DNA of 63,531 nucleotides, the filler included, from Folioceros fuciformis (lineage: Eukaryota): assembly GCA_049999805.1 (NCBI GenBank). It is 9 parts of 9 records of this genome, joined end to end, with 100 filler letters (N's around TTAATTAATTAA, not from the genome) between each part and the next. Parts side by side here need not be neighbours in the genome. Positions count along the whole stretch, not along the records: positions 13,664 to 21,362 come from JBNGIO010004708.1; positions 21,463 to 24,176 come from JBNGIO010004710.1; positions 24,277 to 37,274 come from JBNGIO010004711.1; 6 more parts are not named here. The stretch is one strand, 5' to 3'. Positions 17,921 to 29,638 of the stretch are shown piece after piece. The position numbers were made by a program, and so were the translations under genes. A model generated the notes under the pieces. It saw only the letters and a program-made list of their open reading frames with translations. It did no database searches and had not been told where the DNA came from. Position 1 is the first letter of the stretch. Each line of letters begins with the position of its first letter.

Positions 17921-20677
17921 TTATACTTGATGCGCTGTATGTTCCTGAGGGCGCTGCTGAGGATTTGCATTGGTTGGCTTGAAGATGACCACGTGACTTG
18001 GAAATAACACACCGACCATTCTTCCTTCCTTGGGGGTACTTGCCAGCAGTATTGTCTGGCTTGGCAGTTCAATCACAGCACGCAATTTGTTCTCTGCCAG
18101 CTGAAGAAGGAATGGATGTTGATTCAGTGCCCTGAAAGTCAAAACCTCTGGTTTTCCCTCTACCTTTACGCTGCTCATGAGGTCCTGATCAATGAGCCTC
18201 ATTATACGAATTGTGGAGGGCCAATCTGCAGCAAGTGTTTCTGGTGACGAACGGAGTCTGTAACACTCTAACTTGCAAATAGCCACAGTCTGTCCTTGAC
18301 GGTTAGCTGCTAATACACCGTCCCACAACTTTGCATACCTTCCTCCAGCTGCCTGAGAAGACTGTGGAACCTGTTGCTGTGGATTCACCGGGGGCTGGCC
18401 AATTGTGTGCTGAGGTTGGTGGAGTGTCTGTTGTTGAAGAGTCTGGTGTGAAGTTTGTGTGACGGAAGATTGTTGCAAGACTTGTGTAGGCTGTGCTACC
18501 TTAGAGAGAGTACCCGTGCCTCCTGGTAGACTCTGTTGTGAAGTTTGTGTGACGGAAGATGGTTGCAAGCCTTGAGTAGGCTGCTCTATGTTAGAGAGAG
18601 TACCAGTAACTCCTGGTATTCTGTTTGCACGTACACCTCCAATTTGAGTTGCTTCTCTGTTCGGAAGATGACTTCCTGATCTCAAACCCCCTGCGCTCCG
18701 TGAATTATGTTGGCCAATTGGTGGAGTACCTAGGCCCCTCGCCTGGCTAAGTCCTCCAGGTAGCCGACTGTCCGGAACACTGACAGCAGGAAGCTCCTCC
18801 CGGGTTATAATCAAGTTTGCGGGCTGCATGCCATTAGGGTGCAACCCATTTGCAACATTTCCCTGTCGGGCCATGTCTACTTGTCGACTACTGACGCCCA
18901 CTTGACCTCCACTTGCATTAATTCCAGTTCCCATAGAGGCCTGTCCCTTTGTAATTCCAGCTAAACTGCTTACTCTCTGTCCTTGATGGTTAGGTGCTAA
19001 TACGCCGTCCCACAACTTTGCATACGTTCCTCCAACTGCCTGAGAAGACTGTAGAACCTGGTGCTGTCGTTTTGCCGGGGGCTGGCCAAGTGTATGCTCA
19101 GGTTGGAATGTCTGTTGTTGAAGAGTCTGCTGTGAAGTTGGTGTAACGGAAAATGATGGCAAGCCTTGAGTAGGCTGTGCTATGTTAGAGGGAGTACCAG
19201 TAACTCCCGGTATTCTGTTTACAGCGACACGTCCAACGTGAGTTGCTACTCTGTCCGGAAGCTTACTTCCTGACGTCAAAACCCCTGCCCTCGGTGAATT
19301 AAGTTGGCCAAAAGGTGCAGTACTGATACCCGTCTCCTGGCCGAATCCTCCAGCCAGTTGACTGTTGGGAATACCGACAGCACTAACCCCACCCCGGCGC
19401 ATGATCAAGTTTGGTGGGGCAGTAGGGCGCATGCCATTCGCAACCGCTCCAGCTATTTCTGCCTGCGGACTGACTACCCCCTGATCACCACGTGCATTAG
19501 GCCCAATTCCCATACACTCCTGTCGTATAGTAACTTCAGGGAAAGAGTTTGTCCCAGTGCCCTGAGGCGGGTGGGTATGTGCAACCCCCTCGAAGCTTCC
19601 ATCCCCAGCCTGCAAAGCATCATTATTGCTCGCCTGATGGATTACATTGTGTGAGACTGAGTTCAAGGCATGCAGTACTGGATCCGTGGAAGAGGCCGAA
19701 CCAGCGTTGATCTCAGTTACACCTGTTCCAGTCGTCGCCTTAGTATTTACAACCCGTACAGGTGGCAGTAGTGAGGAAATCCCAGTCCTTGGTTTGCCGG
19801 TTGGGTCGCCGACGGAAGGTCCATCAATCACACTTGTCGCTTGTCCTGACGCGATGGGAATGTCATGAAGTCCAGCTTCCAAGCCTGGAGGCACAGAGGA
19901 GTTGTTCCCGTTGATGCCCAAAACAGCACGGGCCTCCCAGAAACCATCCGAAAGAAGAACTGTGTCATTGGAATACTGTCTGGGAATGACCACTTCTGGG
20001 TCAGCTGACCTTGTATTCCGCTTGGCTAGGTTGTAAACGGAGCGCAGCTGGGGGAGTCTTCTTGGGCTGATGACCGACAAGGAAACGTAGCATTGAGGGA
20101 ACCACTTGGCCACCTCCTCTGAATCTGCAAGGCGCCACTGGCGTGTCTCTGATTCCGAGGCACCAGAGTCGCTATTAAATCTAATTGGTGGGGTGACAAC
20201 AGGCTTAGGTATGCTGCAGGGAGCAGATGTAGCTATCAGGAGAACGTGCTTCTGCCTTTGCGATCCAGGTACGTTTGCCACACCTTCTTCCCCTGGAATA
20301 CACATGAGGAGAGCCTCTGCCAGCCCCTCGGCCATAGCCACTTCCCCAAATCCTCCCCCACTGAACTGGATGTTATGGAGCCAGCGAAGGAAGATATCCA
20401 TACTGCTGGTCCAGCCCACGAGCTGTACCAACGCTCCATGACAAGCACGATGGCTGTTGAACAAAACCAAACCAGTTTCTCCTGACGTAACTGACAATTT
20501 AGTCCCGTTAACGTCCTGACCGTAGAAAGCCCGAACAATTTTCTCCGCATACTCGCTGAGTAGATGAGACCATTGATATCCCAAAGCCGCTGTGCTTTCA
20601 ACCACTACTACCAGCTGACGAAGTGGAAGTGTCATATGTTGTGACATGGTGTTGGCGCAAGCTGCAGGAAAGATCAT
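17921..20677 (-). CDS. MED25: Mediator subunit 25 (PFT1)-like, single exon, up to 918 aa
   Basis: N-terminal vWA LVVVVESTAALG..FSGGGFGEVAMAEGLAEALLM; C-terminal ACID domain YAKLWDGVL..ICKLECYR..ETLAADWPSTIRIMRLI..FLLQLAENKLRAVIELPSQTILL; true start may be the downstream Met of MSQHMTL. Confidence 0.93.
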   Translation of the reverse strand: MIFPAACANTMSQHMTLPLRQLVVVVESTAALGYQWSHLLSEYAEKIVRAFYGQDVNGTKLSVTSGETGLVLFNSHRACHGALVQLVGWTSSMDIFLRWLHNIQFSGGGFGEVAMAEGLAEALLMCIPGEEGVANVPGSQRQKHVLLIATSAPCSIPKPVVTPPIRFNSDSGASESETRQWRLADSEEVAKWFPQCYVSLSVISPRRLPQLRSVYNLAKRNTRSADPEVVIPRQYSNDTVLLSDGFWEARAVLGINGNNSSVPPGLEAGLHDIPIASGQATSVIDGPSVGDPTGKPRTGISSLLPPVRVVNTKATTGTGVTEINAGSASSTDPVLHALNSVSHNVIHQASNNDALQAGDGSFEGVAHTHPPQGTGTNSFPEVTIRQECMGIGPNARGDQGVVSPQAEIAGAVANGMRPTAPPNLIMRRGGVSAVGIPNSQLAGGFGQETGISTAPFGQLNSPRAGVLTSGSKLPDRVATHVGRVAVNRIPGVTGTPSNIAQPTQGLPSFSVTPTSQQTLQQQTFQPEHTLGQPPAKRQHQVLQSSQAVGGTYAKLWDGVLAPNHQGQRVSSLAGITKGQASMGTGINASGGQVGVSSRQVDMARQGNVANGLHPNGMQPANLIITREELPAVSVPDSRLPGGLSQARGLGTPPIGQHNSRSAGGLRSGSHLPNREATQIGGVRANRIPGVTGTLSNIEQPTQGLQPSSVTQTSQQSLPGGTGTLSKVAQPTQVLQQSSVTQTSHQTLQQQTLHQPQHTIGQPPVNPQQQVPQSSQAAGGRYAKLWDGVLAANRQGQTVAICKLECYRLRSSPETLAADWPSTIRIMRLIDQDLMSSVKVEGKPEVLTFRALNQHPFLLQLAENKLRAVIELPSQTILLASTPKEGRMVGVLFPSHVVIFKPTNANPQQRPQEHTAHQV

Positions 20678-21362
20678 ACCCTGTCCAACCTAACTGGACT
20701 CTTGAAGATGCATCTATATCTTAAAACGAAAGCAGTTTGGCAACCCTAGTGCTATGTATAATCCCTATATTAGTATATACCTAATTGAGTTTAGATCGTG
20801 ATATTAGCAAGTGCTTAATTGATGTTAGTTTGCAAGATGTATGAGAGGTTAGTTTGTAAAGTATACTAGGATTGATTTGTAAAGTATATGAAGACTAAAT
20901 ATAGAATTTATCATTTTGGATTATAACAATTAGTTTGAACTAATTTATCACTTTCTAGGTTTGGGTTACAAGTCCTTAAATTAGTTTGAACTAACTTATT
21001 GATTTTTGTTTTATATTTACTTTGGATCAAATATACTTTTCATTGTTACATTTGAAGGAAGATAGTGTAGGCATGACGAAGTAAAAGTGTCATCTGTTGT
21101 GACATGGCGCTGGCGCAAGCTGCACGAGAGACCATAGCTTGTCCAACCTAACTACTATCTTGAAGATGCATCTATGTAATATCTTAAGAAAAAAAATACT
21201 AATAAAAAGAAAGCAGTTGTAGCAACTCTAGTGCTATGCATAGATCCCGATATTAGCAAGTGCCTAATTGAGTTTAGATCCCGATATTAGCAAATGCCTA
21301 ATTGAGGTTAGTTTGCAAGATGTATGAGAGATTATGCAAAGTATACTAAGGCTAATTTGTAA
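20628..21362. repeat. Diverged tandem duplication of the MED25 5' end and upstream region
   Basis: GTGTCAT.TGTTGTGACATGG..GGCGCAAGCTGCA..TCTTGAAGATGCATCTAT..GTTAGTTTGCAAGATGTATGAGAG at ~20628-20890 and ~21088-21362. Confidence 0.85.
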
Positions 21363-22577
21363 NNNNNNNNNNNNNNNNNNNNNNNNNNNNNNNNNNNNNN
21401 NNNNNNTTAATTAATTAANNNNNNNNNNNNNNNNNNNNNNNNNNNNNNNNNNNNNNNNNNNNGCACTTCCGCCTCCTGAACTTACTCCACTCTCCGCCAT
21501 CCTCTGGGGTCCCTTCTACATCAAGACCAGGAACTCGGGTTGATTCAAGCGCTGTTCTTCATCATTCGCCCCTCCACCCCGCTGCAAATCACGCCATCTG
21601 TTAGCCCCAAACTCGGGAACCTCCCCGCTATAACCATCCTCGTGGCGTCCCCTTCTTGAAGGAGAGTGAACAGCGCCTCCAGGTGTTCCATCTAGCAGAA
21701 TGTTAGATGCCCCACCGAAAAGGCGATGAAACTCCTTCTCCAGTCGTTGAGCTCCTCCCATCCAAACGCGCATGCTCCCCTGGCCGTCTCGACAGGCAGC
21801 CACCCACCACTCTAATCGCGTCCGCTTGGCAAGGAGAAGGCTCAGCAACAGGGTCCTTACCGCATGAGGGGCATTTGACCTGCGACTTGCGTGGCAGAGA
21901 ATCACCTCGTTTCTTGGCCTTCCTCGCCCTTGCAACCTTCCGGTTCTTCTCACCCAGGACCTGATTAGAACTCACCGAGAGTGCTAGCACATTGGCACCT
22001 GCACCTAATTGCAGCGATTCTGCAAGACGTGCTCCAAGGTGTTGGGGGTTATCTAGGCTTGCCTCCGTCGATGAGGAGAAGGTGCGCTTGGGGAAACTCT
22101 TGAGCAACCCTGTTGACCACGGCCTGCCTCACTAAGAACCTTGCCTCCTACCGGCCCGTTCCTTAAGTCACCTTAGGGTCTCTGTTGAGCAGAAACACCA
22201 CCCTGCACCGCCTTTGCACTTGCCAACATCCTAAGATCGAATTCAGTGCCTATACTTATCTTCACAGCACCCTACACCTGCTCCTGCTGGTCAAGACCAG
22301 CCTGCACCTGCTCCGGCTGGTCAAGACCTTCTTGCAGACCAGAATGATGGAAGGAAACCTGTTCCCGAAGCTCTACATCCATCGGTACAGATCGGTCTTC
22401 CTCCATGTCCTCCTTTCATCTGAGCTCCTATTCTCCTGGAAGTTTAATTGTAATCGACGAGGTTAGCAATCCGAAGAAGCTCAGATGAGCCTTAAACGCT
22501 ATTCTAGTGGCAAGAGTGACCCGAACTCTGCCGAATTTAGCATCCTTGACTAAGGCAAGCACCTTTGACTCCCCCAT

Positions 22578-23990
22578 CTACTGCAGCTTGTTGGAGATCG
22601 GGATCCAATTCTCCCTCCCCAAGTTCAGCAATGTGCTGAAGTATAGAATCGCCGAGGAACCTTCGATTCTGTGACAGATTGCGCTGAACCTAGCCTCCTT
22701 TAAAAGCTTGCATGCGTACCCTTCCCCCACACCCAGACCCTCTTGTACAATACTCATGGCCCTTAGCTTGACAGTCTCCCATAGCCTAGCCATACGAACT
22801 TCCTCTGCGACTCCTAGCTGTAGTGACCGAGTAGGTAAGGCCTGCAACTCCTCCCTTTTTGGCATCCAGTAGTAGAAGGTGTTCTCCACCTTCTTCCTCA
22901 TGATGACACAGGTTTTCACCTGAGTGATGGTTGCGTTAACAAGCCTTGGGAAGAAGTTTTCCTGGATTTGGCGAGCCCACCTCTGCGTAGCCAAGTTAGC
23001 TCTCCAAGGCTTCTTCTGAGTTCCTTGAAACCCCGGTAGGGGTCCAGACTGTGTCTTCGCAGAGTTGACACTCCTGCTGCCTTCTGGACCTGAGCGAAGC
23101 GGACAATCTCGTTTAAGATGGTTAGTCAAACCACATACTCCGCATCTAATAGGAAGACCAGGGTAATCAAAAAGCTGTGTGTAGCTCTTTGAGGAGTCTG
23201 CCGGATCACGAACCACCACCCCAGCGGGCAACGAGGAGAGGTTGTCTACTCTTACACCAAAGCGGGACGGCTTGTTCCTGTCAAAAAACTGGTAGTCCAC
23301 TTGTGGCACCTCAACCACCTGTCCAATGGTTTCCAGCATCCTGTTGATCAATGGAATAAGTTGCATCGGTAAGGCAGGCAGCCGCACCCAGACAAAGTGC
23401 CTCTTGATCTGGGACTGCATAATTGTACTGCCAGGAGACCAAGCCTCAACCATCATCGGGGTTGAGCCTCTGAAAAGCTGTGTTGTTTGCAAGAGCGCAA
23501 GGACCTCAACATCTTCATCGCATTTCACCTGAAAAGAGCCATCATCCTTCAGGAAGACGTAAGCGGGGGGACACCCTATGACCGAGGCAACCCATTCCTC
23601 CAACTCGCCTACAGAAGACAGCCCTCCAATAGATAGCTACCCCACCACCGAACTACCGGACAGCCTAATCTCCTCATGCTAAAAAAAGCGCTCCTCAGTA
23701 AGGATGTTCGCCAAAGGACCAAGCTAGATGCCGGCCTCCTCATTTGCCGAAGTTGAGGCAGATTCCGTACTTGCGTCCTCATTTGACATCCCATGAGCGG
23801 TGTCGTTCTCGAGATTCCGTACCTGAGCCTCCTTCTCAGGCACTGTTTTCTTCCGCCTAAGCTCGTCTGGATTAGTTGCATCCTTTCCTGCGTTAGGCTT
23901 CTGTCTATTCTGCACGCTTGAGCACATACCGGCCACTTCGGCCCATGTGGGGACTGTCGAGCCCCCCCATGGGAAGCTCATTGCTTCCAC
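22578..23990 (-). mobile_element. LINE (L1-type) ORF1, decayed (DUF4283-like region + CCHC knuckle)
   Basis: TWAEVAG; PMMVEAWSP..FVWVRLPALP..IGQVVEV; FDYPGLPIRCGVCGLTNHLKRDC; frame breaks near 23.6-23.9 kb. Confidence 0.8.
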
Positions 23991-24084
23991 CGACCGTCAA
24001 ACCCCCGTCAAGCCATGGCTTGCGCACCACCTAGCGCTCCTCCATCACCATACAATAGTAAGTTGGCATGGGCTCGTCGGTCTG

Positions 24085-24176
24085 TATGCATGAGTGGTTT
24101 GACCCTTCTTTCCAAGTTGGACTCTTCTTCGTAGACCTATGCATGAGTGGTTTGACCCTTCTTTCCAAGTTGGACT
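24085..24176. repeat. Direct repeat at contig end
   Basis: TATGCATGAGTGGTTTGACCCTTCTTTCCAAGTTGGACT x2. Confidence 0.85.
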
Positions 24177-24403
24177 NNNNNNNNNNNNNNNNNNNNNNNN
24201 NNNNNNNNNNNNNNNNNNNNTTAATTAATTAANNNNNNNNNNNNNNNNNNNNNNNNNNNNNNNNNNNNNNNNNNNNGGATTTGGCAGCGGGTTGGGGAGT
24301 TTTCTAGCGCTCAAGGAACAAGGCTCGTCGAAGGCTGTGTCTGCTGTTTGCTGTTTCCGATTGGATTGACGGGATCGGAAGAAAAAGGAAAAAAATCGAA
24401 CAA

Positions 24404-25413
24404 ATGGCGCATGCGCTGGCTGCCGTGAGGTCTTCAAATGCGCCGGGTTGCGCTTCGTGTGGCGAGATTTCCAGTTTTTCTGTCCCAGCGGGACGCGTGC
24501 CTTTGAGTAGGCTATCCATGCCGTTCAGTTCTCATCTGGGACAAAAGATGCTGTCAGGTAAGACTTAGTGCTTAGCCTAGCGTTCGTGGTTTAGAGAGGA
24601 AGTGACGCATGTGCAGAGGAGAGGAGAGGAGGAAGTTTGAATGGCGAAATTGTCGTGGTTTGGTGCAGGCGCGTCGAGTTGTCCAAGGCGGAAGCTTGTG
24701 GAGAGAGTAGGTACAGTTTGCGCTGCAGAAGGTGATGCATTTTTTGACTCCAGCATCGTCCAGAGCGAAATCGACAGGCTGCAGGCCGACTATCAAGCGC
24801 TCTTGAAGCTCGTGAGTTCCTCTTGCCCTCGCCGGGTGAGGAAAGAAAACCTGGAATTTGGAACTGTTGGCATGGCACTGTGTGAGACTGGGAATGCTTA
24901 CACGAGATGGCGGTGCTCTATGTCATGCAGGGAAGAAGGTATGGCCAGTTTGACCGAGAAGGCAAGATTTCCTACATCGCTGAGATGAAGGTAGGAAGAA
25001 CAATGGTCTTCATGACTGTCACAAGATTGGATCTAGTTACTTTGTGGGGAATGCGCATCGCTGAACGCCCGTTTGTTGCTCTGTGTTGTTCTCCATGCAG
25101 AATGTGATTGAGAGATGGCAAATTTTTTACAAACGGATGGAACTCTCCGACGACTTCACCGCTAAACTCTGTGCAAAGCAATTAAAATCTAGGGTAGGCC
25201 TGCAGCAGTCCCTCGTACCTCTTACAAGGAATGACACGTCTAGTTTCTCCATGCTGTATCTACCGGCGACCTGTTGCGCATCGGATAACCGGCTAACTGT
25301 GGCGTCTTTGCTTGCTTCAGTGCGGTCCTCTAGGGCTCAGCAATCTGGATCTGGTACAATCCCTGTATTCTGCCCTAGACGAAATGAGAGATGAGGCTGA
25401 GGCTGGTCAGTAG
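24404..25413 (+). CDS. DUF1825-family protein with N-terminal transit-peptide-like extension; 5 exons (24404-24557, 24669-24811, 24931-24990, 25101-25193, 25321-25413), 180 aa
   Basis: Four GT-AG introns with consistent phases; mature part AFFDSSIVQSEIDRLQADYQALLKLGRRYGQFDREGKISYIAEMKNVIERWQIFYKRMELSDDFTAKLCAKQLKSRCGPLGLSNLDLVQSLYSALDEMRDEAEAGQ* matches the recalled cyanobacterial DUF1825 pattern FFDSEIVQ..YGKFDREGK..IFMKRFELSEDF. Confidence 0.88.
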
Positions 25414-25419
25414 TCGGGC

Positions 25420-26920
25420 ATAATGCCTGTGTTTCCTCAGCGTGGGACCTTTCAATTCCGGATACCTATGCTGGATCCAGCAGGTTGTGGAAGGCAACCC
25501 TGCTCGTCTACGCGAAAGCCTGAGGATTCTGAGATCAAGCTTCTGCCGGTTCATTCCGGCTAAACTTTCTTTCTCTGGGGCTCGATCGGATGCACACGTT
25601 CTGTCGATAAAAAACTGTTGAAGAGCCCTCCATGGTTGTACAGAGTTTACGACAGCAGCACGCGAGGTGGTTGGCAGGACACCACAAGGAGTACTAGTGG
25701 TCGTCAATGAGTTGTGGGCTGTACAGCACACATGTAGAAGGCCGGCTTCACACTCGTAAACCGACGAGACAAGGCAGAGAACGTGCGAGCTCTTTTTGTT
25801 GTACAGAGAACGGAAATGTGAAGTTGTGGAGGTTGTCTTCATCCCGCCGATCACCTCATCATCCAGTCACCACTGCCTGGAAACTTTAGGGGCATTGGCC
25901 AAAACGCCTTTCATAAATTTCGAAGTCGTGTGCTAAGGATCAAGGTCAGCTCTCGCTTTACAGCAGTATCTTCAGCAGCGGGTGCGTGTTGTCCTCCAGT
26001 AGGCACTTGTTAATTGTTGTTCTGCAATAAGCAATTGTAGGAGCTGTCCTATGCTCTCCACACATTCATTGTACAGTATTCAATCTGGAAATCTATGTAG
26101 GAGGTAGCTTCTAGGCACGGAGTTTGGTTGTTCCTTGGATCTCCCTTTGATGTCCTTGCGGAGCTGGGTTCGCCCTTCGCCCCTTTCCACGAATCACATG
26201 TGACGTCGTCGCATGTACATGACTGTTCAGGCCTTGCAAGTCCCTCCAGCCTTTACACAGGACACATTCTGCAAACGCGAGGTGCAGAGGGGCCTTCATG
26301 GCCGTCCAATCGTGGATGCCATTCCCCCGTTTTTGGTCCCACGCCACTTGGTCGATGGTCATGGACGCGCAGCAGCATAAGTTGGGTTCGGGGGATTGAG
26401 AGACGCGGCTCGTCGTTCGTCTTCACATCCATAATTCCATGGCCACCGGCGAGCTCAGGCCACGAGTACGTAAGGCCCACGTCCCACACGTCGCTACCGA
26501 GAACGATTCGCAGCCTACAAGGGGTAGCATTCCTATGATGGCACCCTAAGAACTGAAGGCGGGCATCGCACAAAAGGGTGGGCCCATTCCTTCGGGAACT
26601 CGCCCCTTGACTGGCCTGTGTCACACTCTCTCCACACTCTGCCAATTTGGAGCAGTGTCTGCTAGCCTCCTCCTCCTTCTCTCCCTCCATCCTGCCACCA
26701 ATGAAGGTGTGGAATCATAGGAGCTCAGTTGGTGTCCCTGCCTTGCATAAAATGGGCTGCACCTTTCGTGCCAAGGACCTGGGACTTTAGGCTGCTAAAG
26801 GAGTTAGCATTGCAGCTGGGCTGCAATGTACGCACGGTCGAAAGGCTGCTAAATGCATATCCAGCAAGGAGGTGGGTGTATGGCAGGCTGTCGATGGAGG
26901 AGGTGTGGACACTCTAATAA
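25420..26920. pseudogene. Degenerate F-box/kelch/LRR-like fragments on both strands
   Basis: + strand LYRVYDSSTRGGW and NVKLWRL..AWKL; - strand LAFAECVLCKGWRDL; many stops. Confidence 0.3.
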
Positions 26921-27313
26921 GATGGCACGGTGTGAATGCGTGATTCGATTTGTGCATGTTGAGCTGCAGCTGGATGGAATTGAGATACCAAGGAGGTAGG
27001 TAGCAGAAGCATTGGGCTTCATGCAACCAGAGGCCCATGTGCATATATAGGCGAGAGAGATGCGCAGACAAGGCTGAACGCTGCGAGGTTGCTAGAACTT
27101 GGCATCTCCAGGATCGATGCTGAACCATAAACCGTAACAAAAAGAATGTGACTAATTGAGTGACTGACCCGTACAGCCGCAGGTTTGTTGTTCCCATCGG
27201 TCGCCCTACGACCGATGGGGGCGAGTTTGTGACGTCCAAAATTTTGGACCGTGCGCAAAAAACAAAATTGTCAAAGACCGAGTCACTGTATCGGTATTCC
27301 ATAAACAGGAAAG

Positions 27314-27432
27314 CTAAGTGGGAGCCCTTTATTCCGAGCTTCTTGCCTAAGTGGGAGCCCNNNNNNNNNNAGCCCTTTATTCCGAGCTTCTTGCCTAAGT
27401 GGGAGCCCTTTATTCCGTCCGAGCTTCTTGAC
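27314..27432. repeat. 33-bp tandem repeat spanning a 10-N gap (probably collapsed array)
   Basis: CTAAGTGGGAGCCCTTTATTCCGAGCTTCTTGC, at least 3 copies. Confidence 0.9.
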
Positions 27433-27882
27433 TAGAGCTAGAGGTGTGGTGTCTCGGTACGAAGAAGGAGAGGATGGGAAACCTAAGAGCAATGCGAGAA
27501 ATTGTGGGAAGAACGCAAGAAAAGGGTTCGAACCTACAAGAGGTAAGCCACTCGAAGCGCAGGGAGATAGAGTTGGAGAGCAAGTGGCGGGGCGGACTCC
27601 AGTCCACGGGCCGCTGGCCTTGAGGTCTGTTTCATGACGCAGATAGAGATCGCGGGACCTGGCTGGACGTGACACATAAGCTGCTGACGTGCTAGGTAGG
27701 CACGGAGCATGTGAGGAGCACACGGCATGTGAGGCTCGCATCTGTGTGCCACACTCATCGCATTTGCACTTCAGTAGGTGTAACTGGTTTGGCTTGCTTA
27801 CCCACCGGGCCACCAAGTGCATTGCGAATCGCGGAGACACAGCCGGTTTCACATTTTGTATCAGGCTTCATAGCGTCCCGTC

Positions 27883-28990
27883 ATGGCGGCATCCAGCCTT
27901 TGGCTNNNNNNNNNNNNNNNNNNNNNNNNNNNNNNNNNNNNNNNNNNNNNNNNNNNNNNNNNNNNNNNNNNNNNNNNNNNNNNNNNNNNNNNNNNNNNNN
28001 NNNNNCCGGCCTGGGTCACGCTGGCCCCTCGCCTTTCCTGCTCTGCGTCGGCCACGTCGGTCCGTTCCGCTGCTGCTCTGCTCTGCGATTGAGTGTGCTC
28101 CATTGGATCCTCAGTGCTAGTCTGGGTCACCCGGGTTTCGGAGGAAACTCATTCCGCTTCTTCCTGTTGAGAGCAGAGGGGAAACCAGGTCAGGTTGGAA
28201 CAGCTCCACAGCGTGCACCAGGGCGGGTCGGTGTCCAGGTCCAAGCGACTGGCCATGGCTGCGCTTGCGAATGAGGAAGCACTCGCTTCCGACAAGGAGA
28301 CCAACACTGAAGCTGGTGAGCATCCCATCAGGGTTTGCAAACTGCGGATAAACTTTGTGCTTATCTCCTTCTGTTTCATACATGTTCACACTCGCCTGGT
28401 TCGTGCTTGGATCAGGTATCGAATTTGTGAGCATGCACCATGTGGCTGGGATTTGCAAAAATCTGGAACGGTCCTTGGACTTCTACTCTGGCGTGCTGGG
28501 TAGATCCATATGTTCTTACTGTTGCTTGTTTGCTGTCGTCGGTGAACTTCACTGGCGAGTGGATGTGAAATTCAGTGACGAGTGGATGTGAAATCAAGCT
28601 GAGTTTGTGCAGGCCTGACTTTGAACCCCGATCGGCCGGCTTCCTTGCCGTACAGAGGGGCTTGGCTGTGGGTAGGCCCCCAGATGATTCATCTAATGGA
28701 GGTACCCAACCCGGACCCTGTGGACGGACGGCCTGCCTATGGCGGTCGCGATCGTCATTTTTGTGTCGCAGTCAAGAATTTGCAGCAGGTGGAAGCTCGC
28801 TTGACAAAGAACGGTAAATCCATTATCTTGCTCAACGTTGCCGACTGTGACACGCTAGTATGAAATGTAGGCTCAGCATTCTCATGGTGTGCTGCCAGGT
28901 ATCCCGTTCCGAAAGAGTTCGTCAGGACGGACTGCATTATTCTGCCGTGACCCTGATGGCAACGCTATTGAGTTCACTCTTGCGGAATGA
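27883..28990 (+). CDS. VOC-superfamily lactoylglutathione lyase/glyoxalase I-like protein, probably plastid-targeted; 5 exons, first interrupted by an N gap
   Basis: Exons 28416-28499 IEFVSMHHVAGICKNLERSLDFYSGVLG, 28613-28813 LPYRGAWLWVGPQMIHLMEVPNPDP..GGRDRHFC, 28899-28990 GRTALFCRDPDGNAIEF. Confidence 0.92.
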
Positions 28991-29638
28991 TTCCTCTACA
29001 AATAAAAACGTATGTACGCTAGTTGGGCACCTGCCATGTATAGTTGGTCTTCTGCCTTGCATAGTTAAGCATCTTCCTTGTATATAGTCGAAGTGTACAC
29101 AAATAATATTCTTCCAGTGCAATCACAATTCCTTCTGTAATAGTTCTCGTTATGCAACCCTGCAACATTCGCAACTGTTTTCTACACTGTTCACTGCACC
29201 TGGAGTCAATACTATCTGAAAAATCTCCATAACTGCACTAACTGGAAAAGAGAGTCTGCAACTGGACAAACCTGGATAGTGATAGCAGAAACTAGGCGGA
29301 GTGGAACGACACACACATGACCGCGGAGTTTTTGAGGTCCTAAGCTTAAGAAGAGAAATTCACAAAGACTCACGTCCGACCCCACAAAATTTAGGTATGT
29401 AGCAAAAAGTCACTGATTGAAAAGGGTGAAACTGGACTGGCCTTCCCGGTGAAGCCACCAAATTATCCAACCACCAGGAGAGCTAGCCAATCAACACAAT
29501 ATGTTCCATTAAGGAGAGGGGGGGAGGGGAAGGGGGGGCAACATCTACGTCTGCGTCACTGGCATGAAAGAGAGCCAGGACACCAAGATGAATCTTTCCT
29601 CAACACAGTCGTGGTCGGTGACTGGGAACTTTCTCACA

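Noticed and set aside
27314-27432. 33-bp repeats as a possible CRISPR array
   Set aside because: Head-to-tail copies without spacers; an ordinary minisatellite.
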